Part shown: positions 7,151 to 17,552 of the stretch, piece after piece
Numbering within the stretch: position 1 is the stretch's first letter
Layout of the letters: the number at the start of each line of letters is the position of its first letter
Source: an uncultured cyanobacterium
GTDB lineage: Bacteria; Cyanobacteriota; Cyanobacteriia; Cyanobacteriales; CAWUOF01
Assembly: GCA_963744145.1 (NCBI GenBank)
Contig: CAVUSO010000001.1
Coordinates: forward strand, 4,346,943 to 4,410,942
DNA: 64,000 bases
Direction of reading: 5' to 3'
The notes under the pieces: model-generated
What the model saw: only the letters and a program-made list of their open reading frames with translations
The model's database searches: none
What the model was told of the DNA's origin: nothing
Program-made: the position numbers and the translations under genes

Positions 7151-8737
7151 CTAGCTACTCAGCATTGCTTCGACAAATTCATAACTGGAAAAAGGTCTGA
7201 GATCTTCTATTCCTTCTCCAGCACCAATAAACCGGATTGGTAATCCTAATTCCTGTACAACTGCTAGCGCGACACCTCCTTTAGCAGTGCCATCTAATTT
7301 AGTTAATACTACACCGCTTAATTGTGCTGCTTCTGAAAAAACTTGTGCTTGTCGTAAGCCATTTTGACCTAGGGTAGCATCTAATACTAGCAAGGATTCA
7401 ACTTGAGCTTCGGGAGCTTTTTTATCGATGATTTTCCGAATTTTACTCAGTTCTTCCATGAGATTTTTTTTGTTTTGCAAACGTCCTGCTGTATCTACTA
7501 GTAATAATTCGGTTTGGCGCGATTTTGCTGCGGCGATCGCATCAAATACTACAGCAGCTGGATCGGTATTCTTACCTGGATTAGCGATAATTTCTGTTCC
7601 ACTCCGATCGCCCCAAATTTTTACCTGTTCTACTGCTGCTGCTCGGAATGTATCTGATGCTGCGATTAAACATTTATACCCCGATTTATGGGCTAAATGA
7701 GCGATTTTCCCAATCGTGGTAGTTTTTCCCGCTCCATTCACACCTGTGATTAACCAAATATTTAAGTGTTCTTTTTCTGGAGCAAAACTAGCATGATAAG
7801 TTTTATGTCCTTTGGCTTTTTTGTCTAGAGGTTGATCAAGAATATCCCGCAAGATTTGTTTGAGATAAGCGATCGCTGCTTCCGGAGGTAAAACTTCTGA
7901 TCTTAATTTTTCCTGGAGTTGTTCAATGATGTAATCTGTAGCTTCGACACCCACATCAGCTTGCAGGAGGAGGGATTCAATCTCAGTGACTCCATCTTGG
8001 TTTAGTGGTCCTTGACCGACGATCGCTTTGAGTTGGTTAATTAAACCTCGACGGGTTTTATCTAATCCTTGTCGTAAGCGTTTGAGCCAAGTAATTTCTT
8101 CGATCGCGACATCCTGGGGAAGTCGTCCTTGACCCGCTAATACTTCTGCTGACCATAAAAAACCTTCATCAAAAGCTAAATCTGGGATTTCTTCGAGTTG
8201 TTCTTCTGGTGCTGGGGTAACTGGGGTTTCTGCAATTACTGGTTCCGGTGTAACGATCGCTGTGGATTTTAACCGTTCCACTCTTGCTTCCCTTTCTGTT
8301 TGGGAACGAGCCCAGAAAGGAATTTCTGTTTCTGGTGGTGCGATCGGTTCTGAGATTTCTGTCTCTGGTGGGGTCGTGAGTGCGATCGGCTCTGAGATTT
8401 CTGTCTCTGATGGTGCGATCGGTTCTAATTCTAATGGTGGTTCACTTTCTACTGACTCTTTCTCAGTTGCTACAGGGGGAGTTTCTATTTCGGTCGGTAG
8501 ATCAGGAACTGTTGTTTCTATAACAGATGAGAGCTCTTCTTCCGATTGAGTTGCTAGTCCTTGTTTAGCTTGAATATTTTGATAAGCAGCTTTAGCCCAA
8601 CTTAAATAATCTACTTCGTCCGTTTCTGGAGATTTAGTTTCGGACTGTTCCGAGGGAGTCGCTTCTGGTTCGGGACTAACCTCTGGTTTGGGAGTTTGAT
8701 TAACTCCGATTTGACGACGGAACCAATTAAAAACCAT
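7151..8737 (-). CDS. ftsY: signal recognition particle receptor FtsY
   Basis: C-terminal NG domain with GVNGAGKTTTIGK, DTAGRLQNK and TKLDGTAKGG. Acidic repetitive N-terminus (ETEISEPIA repeats). Confidence 0.95.
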   Translation of the reverse strand: MVFNWFRRQIGVNQTPKPEVSPEPEATPSEQSETKSPETDEVDYLSWAKAAYQNIQAKQGLATQSEEELSSVIETTVPDLPTEIETPPVATEKESVESEPPLELEPIAPSETEISEPIALTTPPETEISEPIAPPETEIPFWARSQTEREARVERLKSTAIVTPEPVIAETPVTPAPEEQLEEIPDLAFDEGFLWSAEVLAGQGRLPQDVAIEEITWLKRLRQGLDKTRRGLINQLKAIVGQGPLNQDGVTEIESLLLQADVGVEATDYIIEQLQEKLRSEVLPPEAAIAYLKQILRDILDQPLDKKAKGHKTYHASFAPEKEHLNIWLITGVNGAGKTTTIGKIAHLAHKSGYKCLIAASDTFRAAAVEQVKIWGDRSGTEIIANPGKNTDPAAVVFDAIAAAKSRQTELLLVDTAGRLQNKKNLMEELSKIRKIIDKKAPEAQVESLLVLDATLGQNGLRQAQVFSEAAQLSGVVLTKLDGTAKGGVALAVVQELGLPIRFIGAGEGIEDLRPFSSYEFVEAMLSS

Positions 8738-8777
8738 AAAAATAAACCTAAATTTTAGTTATTATCCTACGAGTCGT

Positions 8778-10220
8778 TTACCTTGCTGCTTCAGAAATGG
8801 CAATTGGTAACCAAAGCACAAAAGTTGTTCCTCGTCCTGGATTAATGATGGTGGAATCGGGATCATAATCAGGTAACCACTCAGGGATCACAGGGGAATA
8901 GATATCGATTTTACCTTGCATTTGCTCTACTAAATCTTTCGCGATCGCCAAACCTAACCCTGTTCCAGGAATATTGGTTTGAGCTTGGACTCCACGATAA
9001 TGTCGTTCAAATAAATGTTCTCGATCTTGGGGGGGAATTCCCGGTCCTGTGTCACTAATTGCGATCGGCTGTAGTTGATTTTCCCAGGAGCAGTTCATGG
9101 GCATTGCCCGAATATATATATATCCTCCCTGGGGGGTATATTTTAAAGCATTATCGATTAAATTCGTGAATACTTCACATAAAGCTTTGTCATTCCCTAG
9201 CACTGGTGGTAAATTCGGGGAGATTTCCGCTTCTAGATTTAATTGTCTTTCTGAAGCGATCGCTTGTGCGGAAACTAGCAATGGTGCTAGAATCTTGGCC
9301 AGATCACAAATTGTACGAGGTAAATTTCGTCCCAGGAGTAAATTCTCAGCTGGTAACATCGGCAGTGATAAGTTATTCTTAGCTGAGATGACAATATCTG
9401 CATCAGCCTGGATTTCCTGGTTCGGTTGGACAGGTGTTAAAGTTAACTCAACTTGTTCTAAGTCGATACTTCGATCTAAATCTTGGAGTAATTCGTTCAA
9501 GCGATCGCTTTCTCTGACTATACTTTGAGCAATATCCCGGTTCGGATCTGGGGGTGAGAGTCGTTTGAGGAGTAGTTTCCCAAAAGTTTTTAAAGCAGTT
9601 AACGGATTGCGAAATTGATGGAGTAGATTGCTTAAGAGATTTTGCTGTTGTTCTTGTAATAGTTGTTGTTCATTTAATTGGGCAAAAGACCATTGAGCCC
9701 TTCGATCTAATAAACAAGCGATCGCTAAGGTGTGAGCAATTAGTTCTACTTGGGGTCTTTCTCCCTCATTCCAAGCTCGATCTTCTCTTCCTGTCACCAA
9801 TAATCCCATCATTACTCCTTCATGGATCATTGGTAAGACCAATTGATACTGTGGTCGCAGGGTATTTTTTTGATTTTCCTGATTTAATTCTGATAAGACT
9901 TCATAGTTAGAAGACTGTCTAATTAGATTCGTATCAGTTCGGGACAAATCCTTTGTTACTCCCGCTGATAATAATCGAGGTAGGTTGGTCGGTTGGTCAA
10001 CTCGTTTAGCTGATCCTGGTCTAGTAATTTCCCAAGTTTGCTCCCTGTCCCATCCCTTGGTGGTTTCCGGGTAAACGACGATGGGTATGAGTTTGGCATC
10101 TGTATCCAATAGTTCTTCAGTCAAGTAGACTACACTCAATGACGCTCCTAGTCCTTGAGTTAAAAGTGCTACCTGAGATTGGCACAAAGTAATAAATTCG
10201 GCACTGGTGGAAATTAACAT
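8778..10220 (-). CDS. sensor histidine kinase with N-terminal GAF-like domain
   Basis: H-box HQFRNPLTALKTF, and HATPase motifs NLIDNALKYT, DTGPGI and GTGLGLAI. Confidence 0.8.
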   Translation of the reverse strand: MLISTSAEFITLCQSQVALLTQGLGASLSVVYLTEELLDTDAKLIPIVVYPETTKGWDREQTWEITRPGSAKRVDQPTNLPRLLSAGVTKDLSRTDTNLIRQSSNYEVLSELNQENQKNTLRPQYQLVLPMIHEGVMMGLLVTGREDRAWNEGERPQVELIAHTLAIACLLDRRAQWSFAQLNEQQLLQEQQQNLLSNLLHQFRNPLTALKTFGKLLLKRLSPPDPNRDIAQSIVRESDRLNELLQDLDRSIDLEQVELTLTPVQPNQEIQADADIVISAKNNLSLPMLPAENLLLGRNLPRTICDLAKILAPLLVSAQAIASERQLNLEAEISPNLPPVLGNDKALCEVFTNLIDNALKYTPQGGYIYIRAMPMNCSWENQLQPIAISDTGPGIPPQDREHLFERHYRGVQAQTNIPGTGLGLAIAKDLVEQMQGKIDIYSPVIPEWLPDYDPDSTIINPGRGTTFVLWLPIAISEAAR

Positions 10221-10325
10221 GGGACTAATTTTAATCGGTTTCTAGACCAATTGTTGCGATTTTCTGATTTTTTCTGAGCCGATCGGCAAAATTAGAAAAT
10301 TTTTCAATTTTGCTCCGAAAAACAC

Positions 10326-10356
10326 TTGACATCTTCCCAGGGTTAGCTGTTATGAT
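10326..10356 (+). promoter_or_regulatory. candidate tRNA promoter (TTGACA ... TGT-TATGAT extended -10)
   Basis: TTGACA at 10326-10331 and TGTTATGAT at 10348-10356, ~18 nt upstream of the tRNA 5' end. The 19-nt spacer is long. Confidence 0.4.
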
Positions 10357-10373
10357 AGCAAAGGTTAAACCAA

Positions 10374-10445
10374 TGGGGCGTCGCCAAGTGGTAAGGCAGC
10401 GGGTTTTGGTCCCGCCATTCCGAGGTTCGAATCCTTGCGCCCCAG
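10374..10445 (+). tRNA. tRNA-Gln (anticodon UUG)
   Basis: Acceptor stem TGGGGCG/CGCCCCA, anticodon stem GCGGG/CCCGC with loop TTTTGGT, and T-arm GGTTCGAATCC. CCA is not encoded. Confidence 0.9.
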
Positions 10446-10514
10446 TTTTCAATTTTACCTAATTACTGATAGTCTTTGATTAAGGAGATTTTTAGTAAAA
10501 GGGAAATATTGCCG

Positions 10515-11291
10515 ATGAGTTCTGATCATGCTCCCACTATTATTGCTCTAGATTTTGATGGTGTTATTTGTGATGGGTTGATTGAATATTTCCAATCAGC
10601 TTGGCGTACTTATAGTAAAATTTGGACTGGGGAAAGTCCTGTTGCTCCTCCACCTGATTTAGCGGAAACTTTTTATCGATTACGACCAGTAATTGAAACA
10701 GGTTGGGAAATGCCCGTATTAATTCGTTGTCTATGTTTGGGAATTTCTGAAGCCAGAATTTGGCAAGAATGGCAAAGTATAGCACAAGATTTATTGATTA
10801 CAGAAAATTTGGATTCTGTCAAGATTGGCCGATCGCTAGATCAGATCCGGGATAACTGGATTAGTGAAGATTTAACTGGGTGGTTAAGTTGTCATCGGTT
10901 ATATCCTGGGGTGATAGAAAAATTAAAATCATTAACTAAAGATAACTCGCGATCGCCAATTATTACCACTAAAGAAGGACGCTTTGTCAGCCGACTACTA
11001 GCCGAATATGATATTTATATTGCACCAGAATTGATCTATGGTAAAGAGGTAGGTCGTCCCAAGTCTGCGATTCTGCGAGATTTAGCTCCGGGAGAAACAG
11101 TTTGGTTTGTGGAAGATCGACTCAAAACTTTACAATCAGTTGCTCAAGTGCCAGAATTAGATCAGGTCAAACTGTTTTTAGCTGATTGGGGTTATAATAC
11201 TGCTAAAGAACGAGCCACTATTGCTGATCAAACAAGGATTAAATTATTATCTCTGGCTCAATTTGCGGGAGATTTTGCGGAGTGGTTGTAA
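10515..11291 (+). CDS. HAD-superfamily hydrolase
   Basis: Motif I LDFDGVICDG just after the ATG at 10515. The ORF track starts earlier, at 10476. Confidence 0.6.
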   Translation: MSSDHAPTIIALDFDGVICDGLIEYFQSAWRTYSKIWTGESPVAPPPDLAETFYRLRPVIETGWEMPVLIRCLCLGISEARIWQEWQSIAQDLLITENLDSVKIGRSLDQIRDNWISEDLTGWLSCHRLYPGVIEKLKSLTKDNSRSPIITTKEGRFVSRLLAEYDIYIAPELIYGKEVGRPKSAILRDLAPGETVWFVEDRLKTLQSVAQVPELDQVKLFLADWGYNTAKERATIADQTRIKLLSLAQFAGDFAEWL

Positions 11292-11315
11292 ATCCTTATT
11301 GTCGATTGTATTGTT

Positions 11316-12515
11316 ATGCTAAATCTCAATCAATTAGCTACCCAAATTCCCGGTTTGAGTAGTCATCTTAACCAAGAAACAGAAAAATCTCGGCAAAGAT
11401 TAGAATTAGCTCAAAAGCTAATGAAACAAGCTGAATTACAACAGACTGAGTTAGTTAGTAAACAGCAAAATTGGCGCGATCGGATTATTTTTGCTTGTGG
11501 AGAGCCGATCGAACCTTTAAATACTCGTGGGGTAATTAGTGTTGCTCCAGTAACTCATACTGTGATTGCGACAGATGGTTCCCAAATTGCACCCAGTCAC
11601 CATGAAATTGCCTATTGTTATTTGATTAATGTGGGGAGAGTAATTTTACATTATGGTCAAAATATCCATCCTTTATTAGATAGTATTCCCGAAGTATTCT
11701 ATCAACCAGAAGATTTATATGTTTCCCGTCAATGGGGAATCAGGACTGATGAATGGATGGGTTATCGTCGGACAGTTTCCGAAGCAAATATTTTAGCAGA
11801 ATTAGGTCATAGTTTAGCCCAGGAAGAATTAAAAATACCGACGATCGCGATGGTGGATGGTTCCTTAATTTATTGGTTTCTTGATAATTTAGGTTCAGAA
11901 GTAAGAGAGCGCATTTTACCACCAATTTTAGCAGCTTGGGAACAAATGCGTTTAGATCGAATTCCCCTAGTTGGTTATATTAGTGCTTCTCGGAGTGTGG
12001 AAAGTCTCTCATTTCTCCGGTTACAAGCTTGTCCTTATCCAGAACCAGATTGTATTACCAATTGTCCCAAAAAAGACGAACAATACAGCGATCGCGCTCC
12101 TTGTCAAATTTTTGAACCTTTACGGGATAGCACCCTATGGGGATATTTATTAGCACCTGGACAACGTAGTCCCTGGTGGAAGAGTTCAGCTCGGATTTTA
12201 GAGTTTTATGGTAATGAACACACGATTTATTTTTGTTATATTAATGTTGGTGCCGAAATCGCTAGAATAGAAGTACCAGCTTGGGTAATTACCGATGCAA
12301 CCATGTTGGATACTGTGCTATCATTAACTATAGCACAGGTACAAAAAGGCTATGGCTATCCGGTAGTCTTAGCAGAAGCACATAATCAAGCATTAGTAAC
12401 TGGTAGCGATCGCACTCGGTTCTTTACTCTATTAGAAAGAGAAATGATCAAAGCAGGGATCACCAATGTCGGGACATCCTATAAGGAAGCTCGGAAACGG
12501 GGTAGTATTGCTTAA
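11316..12515 (+). CDS. NurA-domain nuclease-like protein
   Basis: 399 aa. VIATDGSQI and MVDGSLIYWFL resemble NurA catalytic strands. Assignment is from memory of cyanobacterial annotations. Confidence 0.4.
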   Translation: MLNLNQLATQIPGLSSHLNQETEKSRQRLELAQKLMKQAELQQTELVSKQQNWRDRIIFACGEPIEPLNTRGVISVAPVTHTVIATDGSQIAPSHHEIAYCYLINVGRVILHYGQNIHPLLDSIPEVFYQPEDLYVSRQWGIRTDEWMGYRRTVSEANILAELGHSLAQEELKIPTIAMVDGSLIYWFLDNLGSEVRERILPPILAAWEQMRLDRIPLVGYISASRSVESLSFLRLQACPYPEPDCITNCPKKDEQYSDRAPCQIFEPLRDSTLWGYLLAPGQRSPWWKSSARILEFYGNEHTIYFCYINVGAEIARIEVPAWVITDATMLDTVLSLTIAQVQKGYGYPVVLAEAHNQALVTGSDRTRFFTLLEREMIKAGITNVGTSYKEARKRGSIA

Positions 12516-12586
12516 TGAGATTATTGTGCGCGATCGCAGATTTTCAGTTAAAATAAATAATTGATAGTTATTTCTGTAGGTTTTTT

Positions 12587-13594
12587 ATGAAACTATCTAG
12601 CAAAAATCTTGATGAACGCATTGATACACTTTATGATGCCATCATTGTGGGTGGTGGAGCAGGAGGACTTTCCGCAGCTATTTATTTAGCTCGTTATGGA
12701 CTAAAATGTCTCGTGGTGGAAAAAGGGAGAGGACGCTCTTTTTGGATGCAAGATTTGCGTAATTATTTGGGACTTGATCCTCACACTCCTGGTAGAGAAC
12801 TATTGAATCATGGTACTAAACAAATTTTAGACTGGGGAGCAGATTATTTACTAGGTTACGTGGAAGAAGTAACCGATCAGGGAGAAAAATTAGCAGTTAA
12901 AGTCAAGGTTGGTAAGAAAAATAGTATATATCCGGTATTTCACAGTAAGTATTTAATTGCTGCATCCGGGATTATTGATATTTTACCAGAAATTGAAAAT
13001 ATGCAAAATCTCTATGATTATGCAGGTTATACCCTCCATGTCTGTATGATTTGTGATGGGTTTGATATGTGGGATCAGAAAGCAGTTTTGATTGCTGGAA
13101 CTGAATCCCAAATTAACGCTGCATTTGTGTTAAACTGGTTTACACCCTATCTGTCTATTCTAACCCACGGATTATGTACAGTCAGTGCAGAAATGAAACA
13201 AAAACTAACTGAACATGGATATCCGTTATATGAAGCACCGATTACTCGTTTTTTAGGTGAAAAACATCAAATGAGTGGGATAGAATTAGCCGATGGAACA
13301 GTTGTAGAAGCAACAACTGGATTAATCAATATGGGTTCAACTTACCATAATCATTACTTAAAAGGAATTCAGGGATTAGAATGGGATGGTGAGAATCTAG
13401 TCACCAATGAAATGACTCAAACTAAACATCCGCGAATCTTTGCGATCGGAGATTTAAAAAAAGGAGTAAATCAAGTATCGATCGCCGTTGCAGATGGAAC
13501 CTTAGCAGCAACTCAAATTTGGCGAAATATTCGTCGTGCTAGTGTACCCCGGAAGTGGGAAGAAAATATTGCTAAAGCTACTGTCTTATCGTAG
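12587..13594 (+). CDS. FAD-dependent thioredoxin-reductase-like oxidoreductase
   Basis: Dinucleotide motif YDAIIVGGGAGGLSAAIYLAR, CMICDG at the TrxR redox-site position, and a C-terminal GD motif FAIGDL. Confidence 0.7.
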   Translation: MKLSSKNLDERIDTLYDAIIVGGGAGGLSAAIYLARYGLKCLVVEKGRGRSFWMQDLRNYLGLDPHTPGRELLNHGTKQILDWGADYLLGYVEEVTDQGEKLAVKVKVGKKNSIYPVFHSKYLIAASGIIDILPEIENMQNLYDYAGYTLHVCMICDGFDMWDQKAVLIAGTESQINAAFVLNWFTPYLSILTHGLCTVSAEMKQKLTEHGYPLYEAPITRFLGEKHQMSGIELADGTVVEATTGLINMGSTYHNHYLKGIQGLEWDGENLVTNEMTQTKHPRIFAIGDLKKGVNQVSIAVADGTLAATQIWRNIRRASVPRKWEENIAKATVLS

Positions 13595-13760
13595 AAACTT
13601 CTGGTGGAACCTCTCTGACTAAAAAGTAAGAGGGGTGGAGTGATTTGGCAATTGGAGCGTGATCGCGGCTCTAAATCAAGGTGCAATAGGCTGGATGATT
13701 TGCTATGATGAGGAAGCGATCTGCTAGACCTCTTGCAAAAGTTCTTTTAATTAATTTACT

Positions 13761-13791
13761 GGACAGGTATCTTGCCTGTCCTAGTTATTTT
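13761..13791 (+). terminator. hairpin GGACAGG-N7-CCTGTCC followed by a T-rich tract
   Basis: Seen directly, ~170 nt downstream of the oxidoreductase stop. Confidence 0.35.
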
Positions 13792-13849
13792 TACAAGAAC
13801 TTTACTATCTAGACCGCCTCTATTTTTGTTAAAATAGAATGCGATCCAC

Positions 13850-14194
13850 ATGGTGCGAAAAAAAATTATGACTCAGATACCTATACCATCGGTAATCCAA
13901 GAACATATTGAAATTACTCCAGGTATTTGTGGCGGTAAACCGCGCATTGCTGGACATAGAATTAAAGTACAAAATATTGTTCTCTGGTACGAAGATCTGG
14001 GACTTTCCCCAGATGAAATTGTTTATCACTATCCCTCAATTACTTTGGCAGATGTCTATGCGGCGTTAGCGTATTATCATGATCACCGTCAGGAAATTCG
14101 ACAACAAATTAGAGAAGATGAAGTTTTTGCCCACCAGATTCAGGTGCAAACTCCTTCTCTACTTCAGGAAAAGTTAAAAAATCGTCATGTCTGA
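13850..14194 (+). CDS. DUF433 domain protein (antitoxin-like)
   Basis: ITPGICGGKPRIAGHRIKVQNIV is the DUF433 signature. Confidence 0.75.
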   Translation: MVRKKIMTQIPIPSVIQEHIEITPGICGGKPRIAGHRIKVQNIVLWYEDLGLSPDEIVYHYPSITLADVYAALAYYHDHRQEIRQQIREDEVFAHQIQVQTPSLLQEKLKNRHV

Positions 14195-14522
14195 AATTAT
14201 TCGCTTTCATTTGGATGAAAATGTTAGCAATGCGATCGCAGAAAGTTTGCGACGACGTGGGGTTGATGTGACAACTACACCATCAGCAGGATTAATGGGC
14301 TGCTCAGATGAAGAACAAATTGCTTTTGCTTTGGAGCAAAATCGGGTTATTTTTACTCAGGATACTGATTTCTTGCGGCTAAATCAAGATGGATTGACTC
14401 ATAATGGTATAGTTTATTGCCAGCAGAATAGTCGATTGATCGGTGAAATTGTGCGAAGTTTAATTTTGATTTGGGAGTATCTAAAACCAGAATATCTGCG
14501 CGGACGGGTTGAATTTATTTGA
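14187..14522 (+). CDS. DUF5615 / PIN-like (Mut7-C type) protein, usual partner of DUF433
   Basis: 8-nt overlap with the DUF433 gene. IRFHLDENV...VIFTQDTDF pattern. Confidence 0.65.
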   Translation: MSEIIRFHLDENVSNAIAESLRRRGVDVTTTPSAGLMGCSDEEQIAFALEQNRVIFTQDTDFLRLNQDGLTHNGIVYCQQNSRLIGEIVRSLILIWEYLKPEYLRGRVEFI

Positions 14523-14572
14523 GGGAGCGATCGTCTGCGATCGCTCGTTTGATTTGGTAAGGACGATCGCTT

Positions 14573-15007
14573 TTACAATATGGTTAAATAAGTATCAATT
14601 GAAGTTTCGGGTAAAACTTTTAATTGCTGATTTTGTAAATCTAATTCAATTCCCAATGCTTCTAAGGGAATCACCCCTAAAAGAGCATCTCGTCCACCAG
14701 GTAATTCTAAACATTCAAAAGTACCTTCTCTCCCACATAAAAATATTTTGGCATCTTGAAAAATTCGGGCTTTGCTAATTCCAGTTGCTGTAGTAACATC
14801 AACTTCTCGCAGCAGTTCTAAACCTAGTTGTGCGATCGCTTCTGGGGGTAAACTCATGGTAGTAGCTCCTGGATCTACTAGCACATTCTTTAGGGTAATC
14901 GAGCGGACTTGCTCGGTCGGAATATAACCGCGTGTTGCAGCAGATTGATCGGATCGGTTTGTAATAGTCAATGTGGTGGTAATTTTGCCCATTTGTTCTG
15001 TAAACAT
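14573..15007 (-). CDS. retropepsin-like (clan AA) aspartic protease, copy 1, active-site triad changed to DPG
   Basis: 144 aa. It has LVDPGATT where copy 2 has LVDTGATT. The C-terminal 100 aa are identical to copy 2. Confidence 0.7.
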   Translation of the reverse strand: MFTEQMGKITTTLTITNRSDQSAATRGYIPTEQVRSITLKNVLVDPGATTMSLPPEAIAQLGLELLREVDVTTATGISKARIFQDAKIFLCGREGTFECLELPGGRDALLGVIPLEALGIELDLQNQQLKVLPETSIDTYLTIL

Positions 15008-15092
15008 GATTTTGAGTTCCCATACTATACCACTATTGTAAGGTGAGAAATTAGAGATGGGGGCGATGTTTTGAGGGAATAGTGCGATCGCT

Positions 15093-15780
15093 ATCTATAC
15101 CGCCTCTATTTTTGTTAAAATAGAATGCGATCCACATTGTGCAAAGTTTAATTTTGATTTGGAAGTATCTAGAACCAGAAGATCTGCGCGGACGAGTTGA
15201 ATTTATTTGAGGGAGCGATCGTCTGCGATCGCTCGTTTGATTTGGTAAGGATGATCGCTTTTACAATATGGTTAAATAGGTATCAATTGAAGTTTCGGGT
15301 AAAACTTTTAATTGCTGATTTTGTAAATCTAATTCAATTCCCAATGCTTCTAAGGGAATCACCCCTAAAAGAGCATCTCGTCCACCCGGTAATTCTAAAC
15401 ATTCAAAAGTACCTTCTCTCCCACATAAAAATATTTTGGCATCTTGAAAAATTCGGGCTTTGCTAATTCCAGTTGCTGTAGTAACATCAACTTCTCGCAG
15501 CAATTCTAAACCCAGTTGTGCGATCGCTTCTGGGGGTAAACAAAGGGTAGTAGCTCCTGTATCTACTAGCACATTCTTTAGGGTAATCGAGCGGACTTGC
15601 TCGGTCGGAATGACCTGCTGATTTGCTAGAATCTGGTCAGCTCGGTTTGTAATAGTCAATGTGGTGGTAATTTTGCCCATCTGTTCGGTAGACATGATTT
15701 TGAGTTCCCATACTATACCACTATTGTAAGGTGAGAAATTAGAGATGGGGGCGATGTTTTGAGGGAATAGTGCGATCGCA
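15093..15780. repeat. tandem duplication unit 2 (DUF433/DUF5615 deleted)
   Basis: The junction CACATTGTGCAAAGTTTAATTTTG joins the equivalents of 13850 and 14447, which share the microhomology GTGCGAA. Confidence 0.85.
15261..15695 (-). CDS. retropepsin-like (clan AA) aspartic protease, copy 2 (DTG intact)
   Basis: VLVDTGATTLCLP catalytic motif. Confidence 0.75.
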   Translation of the reverse strand: MSTEQMGKITTTLTITNRADQILANQQVIPTEQVRSITLKNVLVDTGATTLCLPPEAIAQLGLELLREVDVTTATGISKARIFQDAKIFLCGREGTFECLELPGGRDALLGVIPLEALGIELDLQNQQLKVLPETSIDTYLTIL

Positions 15781-16273
15781 ATTAGAAGCTGATTTTTGGG
15801 ATAATGCTATCATCATTTTACTCTTTAACTATAGATTGATTTCCTAGCGAATTTAATGACAAACTAATATTTAAGGGAAAATTTTTACTCGATCGTTAGA
15901 AATAGAAGCAGCCGTATGGTTGAATGGGATAAAAGTTAGTTGGGTAAATTCCACCCCGATCGCTCAAATTAATTCAGGAATCAATATTGACTTTAATGAT
16001 CTTGTTCTCTAGAATCGTTGATTAATTGGTAAAATGGTAGTTTTAATAATATTCAACCCGAGTAGGACATAATTTGGATACAGTTGATCAACTGTCCCCA
16101 ATCCAATCTTGATCTTTGATTAAATTTGGTTTTTATATGAGAACTCCCATGATAAATATCACAGGAGTGACTCTAGGTTAGTGACAGAGCGATCGACCTG
16201 TGACAAAAATACTGAGGAGATCTCGATCTGATAAATTACTGAAAACTTCTGAATTAAACAGGTATCTATTGAC

Positions 16274-17476
16274 ATGAAACCTATCAACCCAACTACAACT
16301 CATCCGTTTCCTTTTCTGCTGTATTTAGAATGGTTGTTATTAATCCTTTGTGTATTACTCGAATTTTTACCGACACCAACCAAACATTTACCCAAAATTC
16401 CGCTGCTGAATATCCTGATTATTATCGGATTTGGAGTGATGGGTTTGCGATTACCAAAAGTCAGCCAAATTGGTAAAATCCTTTACACAGCTTTAGAAAT
16501 TATTTTAATTTTAATCGCAGGACTCTCGGAAAACCTCCGATTTTTTCTGTTTCTTTATCTAATTTTGGTAATCCGTGGTTGTTTAATTTTCCAATTATCT
16601 GGTCGTTTGATCGTTACGGGTGTAGTTTTCTTGTTATTCTTGTTGACTTTAATCCTGCGATTTGAAACTACGGATTTTCCTAATCGACTATTAGAAGAAC
16701 GAGAAAAATTTTTTATTCTTAATTCGACGCTTTTATTTGGATTAGTTTTGCTGTTTGTTTTACTATTGGTAAATGCTTTGTTAGCTGAACGTAAAAGTCG
16801 GGAAAAATTGGCAAATGCTAACGAACAATTGCGTCAATATACGTTAAGAATTGAAGACCAAGCTACTCTCCAAGAACGTAATCGGATTGCTCGGGATATT
16901 CACGATTCTTTAGGACACTCTCTGACCGCACTTAATTTGCAGCTTGAGACTGCGGTAAAATTATGGTCAGTAGATTCCACCAAAGCACATTCATTTCTAA
17001 CTGAAGCGAAACGATTGGGTTCTCAAGCACTTCAAGATGTACGTTGGTCTGTTTCTGCGCTTCGATTTGATCCCCTCCAAGGTCGTTCTTTAGAAACAGC
17101 GATCGCGTCTTTAGCTGAAGAATTTCATCGGACTACTGGAATTTTACCAAATTTATATTTTCATCTACCCAATTCGATTCCGAGTGAATTTCCTACTGCG
17201 ATTTATCGGATTGTGCAAGAAGCATTGACAAATATCTGTAAATATGCTTTAGCATCGGAAGTGAAAATTCAGTTATTATCATCAGCAACAGAACTAACTT
17301 TAATCATTCAAGATAATGGTCAAGGATTTAATCAAGATAAAAATACCACAGGTTTTGGGTTACAAAGTATGCGCGATCGCACCTTAGCATTGGGAGGACA
17401 ATTTCATCTGAAAACAGCACCTAATGCTGGTTGTGAGATTGCAGTTAGTTTTAGGTTACCAAAAAATTGGAATTAA
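16274..17476 (+). CDS. membrane sensor histidine kinase, HisKA_3 (NarX/LiaS-like) type
   Basis: Five or six hydrophobic segments, then ERNRIARDIHDSLGHSLTAL and the HATPase motifs DNGQGF and GFGLQSMRDR. No response regulator is adjacent. Confidence 0.8.
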   Translation: MKPINPTTTHPFPFLLYLEWLLLILCVLLEFLPTPTKHLPKIPLLNILIIIGFGVMGLRLPKVSQIGKILYTALEIILILIAGLSENLRFFLFLYLILVIRGCLIFQLSGRLIVTGVVFLLFLLTLILRFETTDFPNRLLEEREKFFILNSTLLFGLVLLFVLLLVNALLAERKSREKLANANEQLRQYTLRIEDQATLQERNRIARDIHDSLGHSLTALNLQLETAVKLWSVDSTKAHSFLTEAKRLGSQALQDVRWSVSALRFDPLQGRSLETAIASLAEEFHRTTGILPNLYFHLPNSIPSEFPTAIYRIVQEALTNICKYALASEVKIQLLSSATELTLIIQDNGQGFNQDKNTTGFGLQSMRDRTLALGGQFHLKTAPNAGCEIAVSFRLPKNWN

Positions 17477-17552
17477 AGGCGCAAAAGCTATCCGCTCCTA
17501 CTCATAATAAAAAACCCATCCTTGAGCAGAATGGGATGAATAAATCTATCTA

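Larger units (their letters stand above)
13808..15092. repeat. tandem duplication unit 1 (promoter region, DUF433, DUF5615, retropepsin gene, tail)
   Basis: 13808-13850 matches 15097-15140, and 14459-15092 matches 15147-15780 (688-bp register). Confidence 0.85.

Noticed and set aside
8262-8549. 95-aa Ser/Gly-rich plus ORF
   Set aside because: It is an antisense translation of the repetitive acidic N-terminal region of ftsY.
14509-14778. 89-aa plus ORF, and its twin at 15197..15466
   Set aside because: They are antisense to the two retropepsin genes and arise from the tandem duplication.
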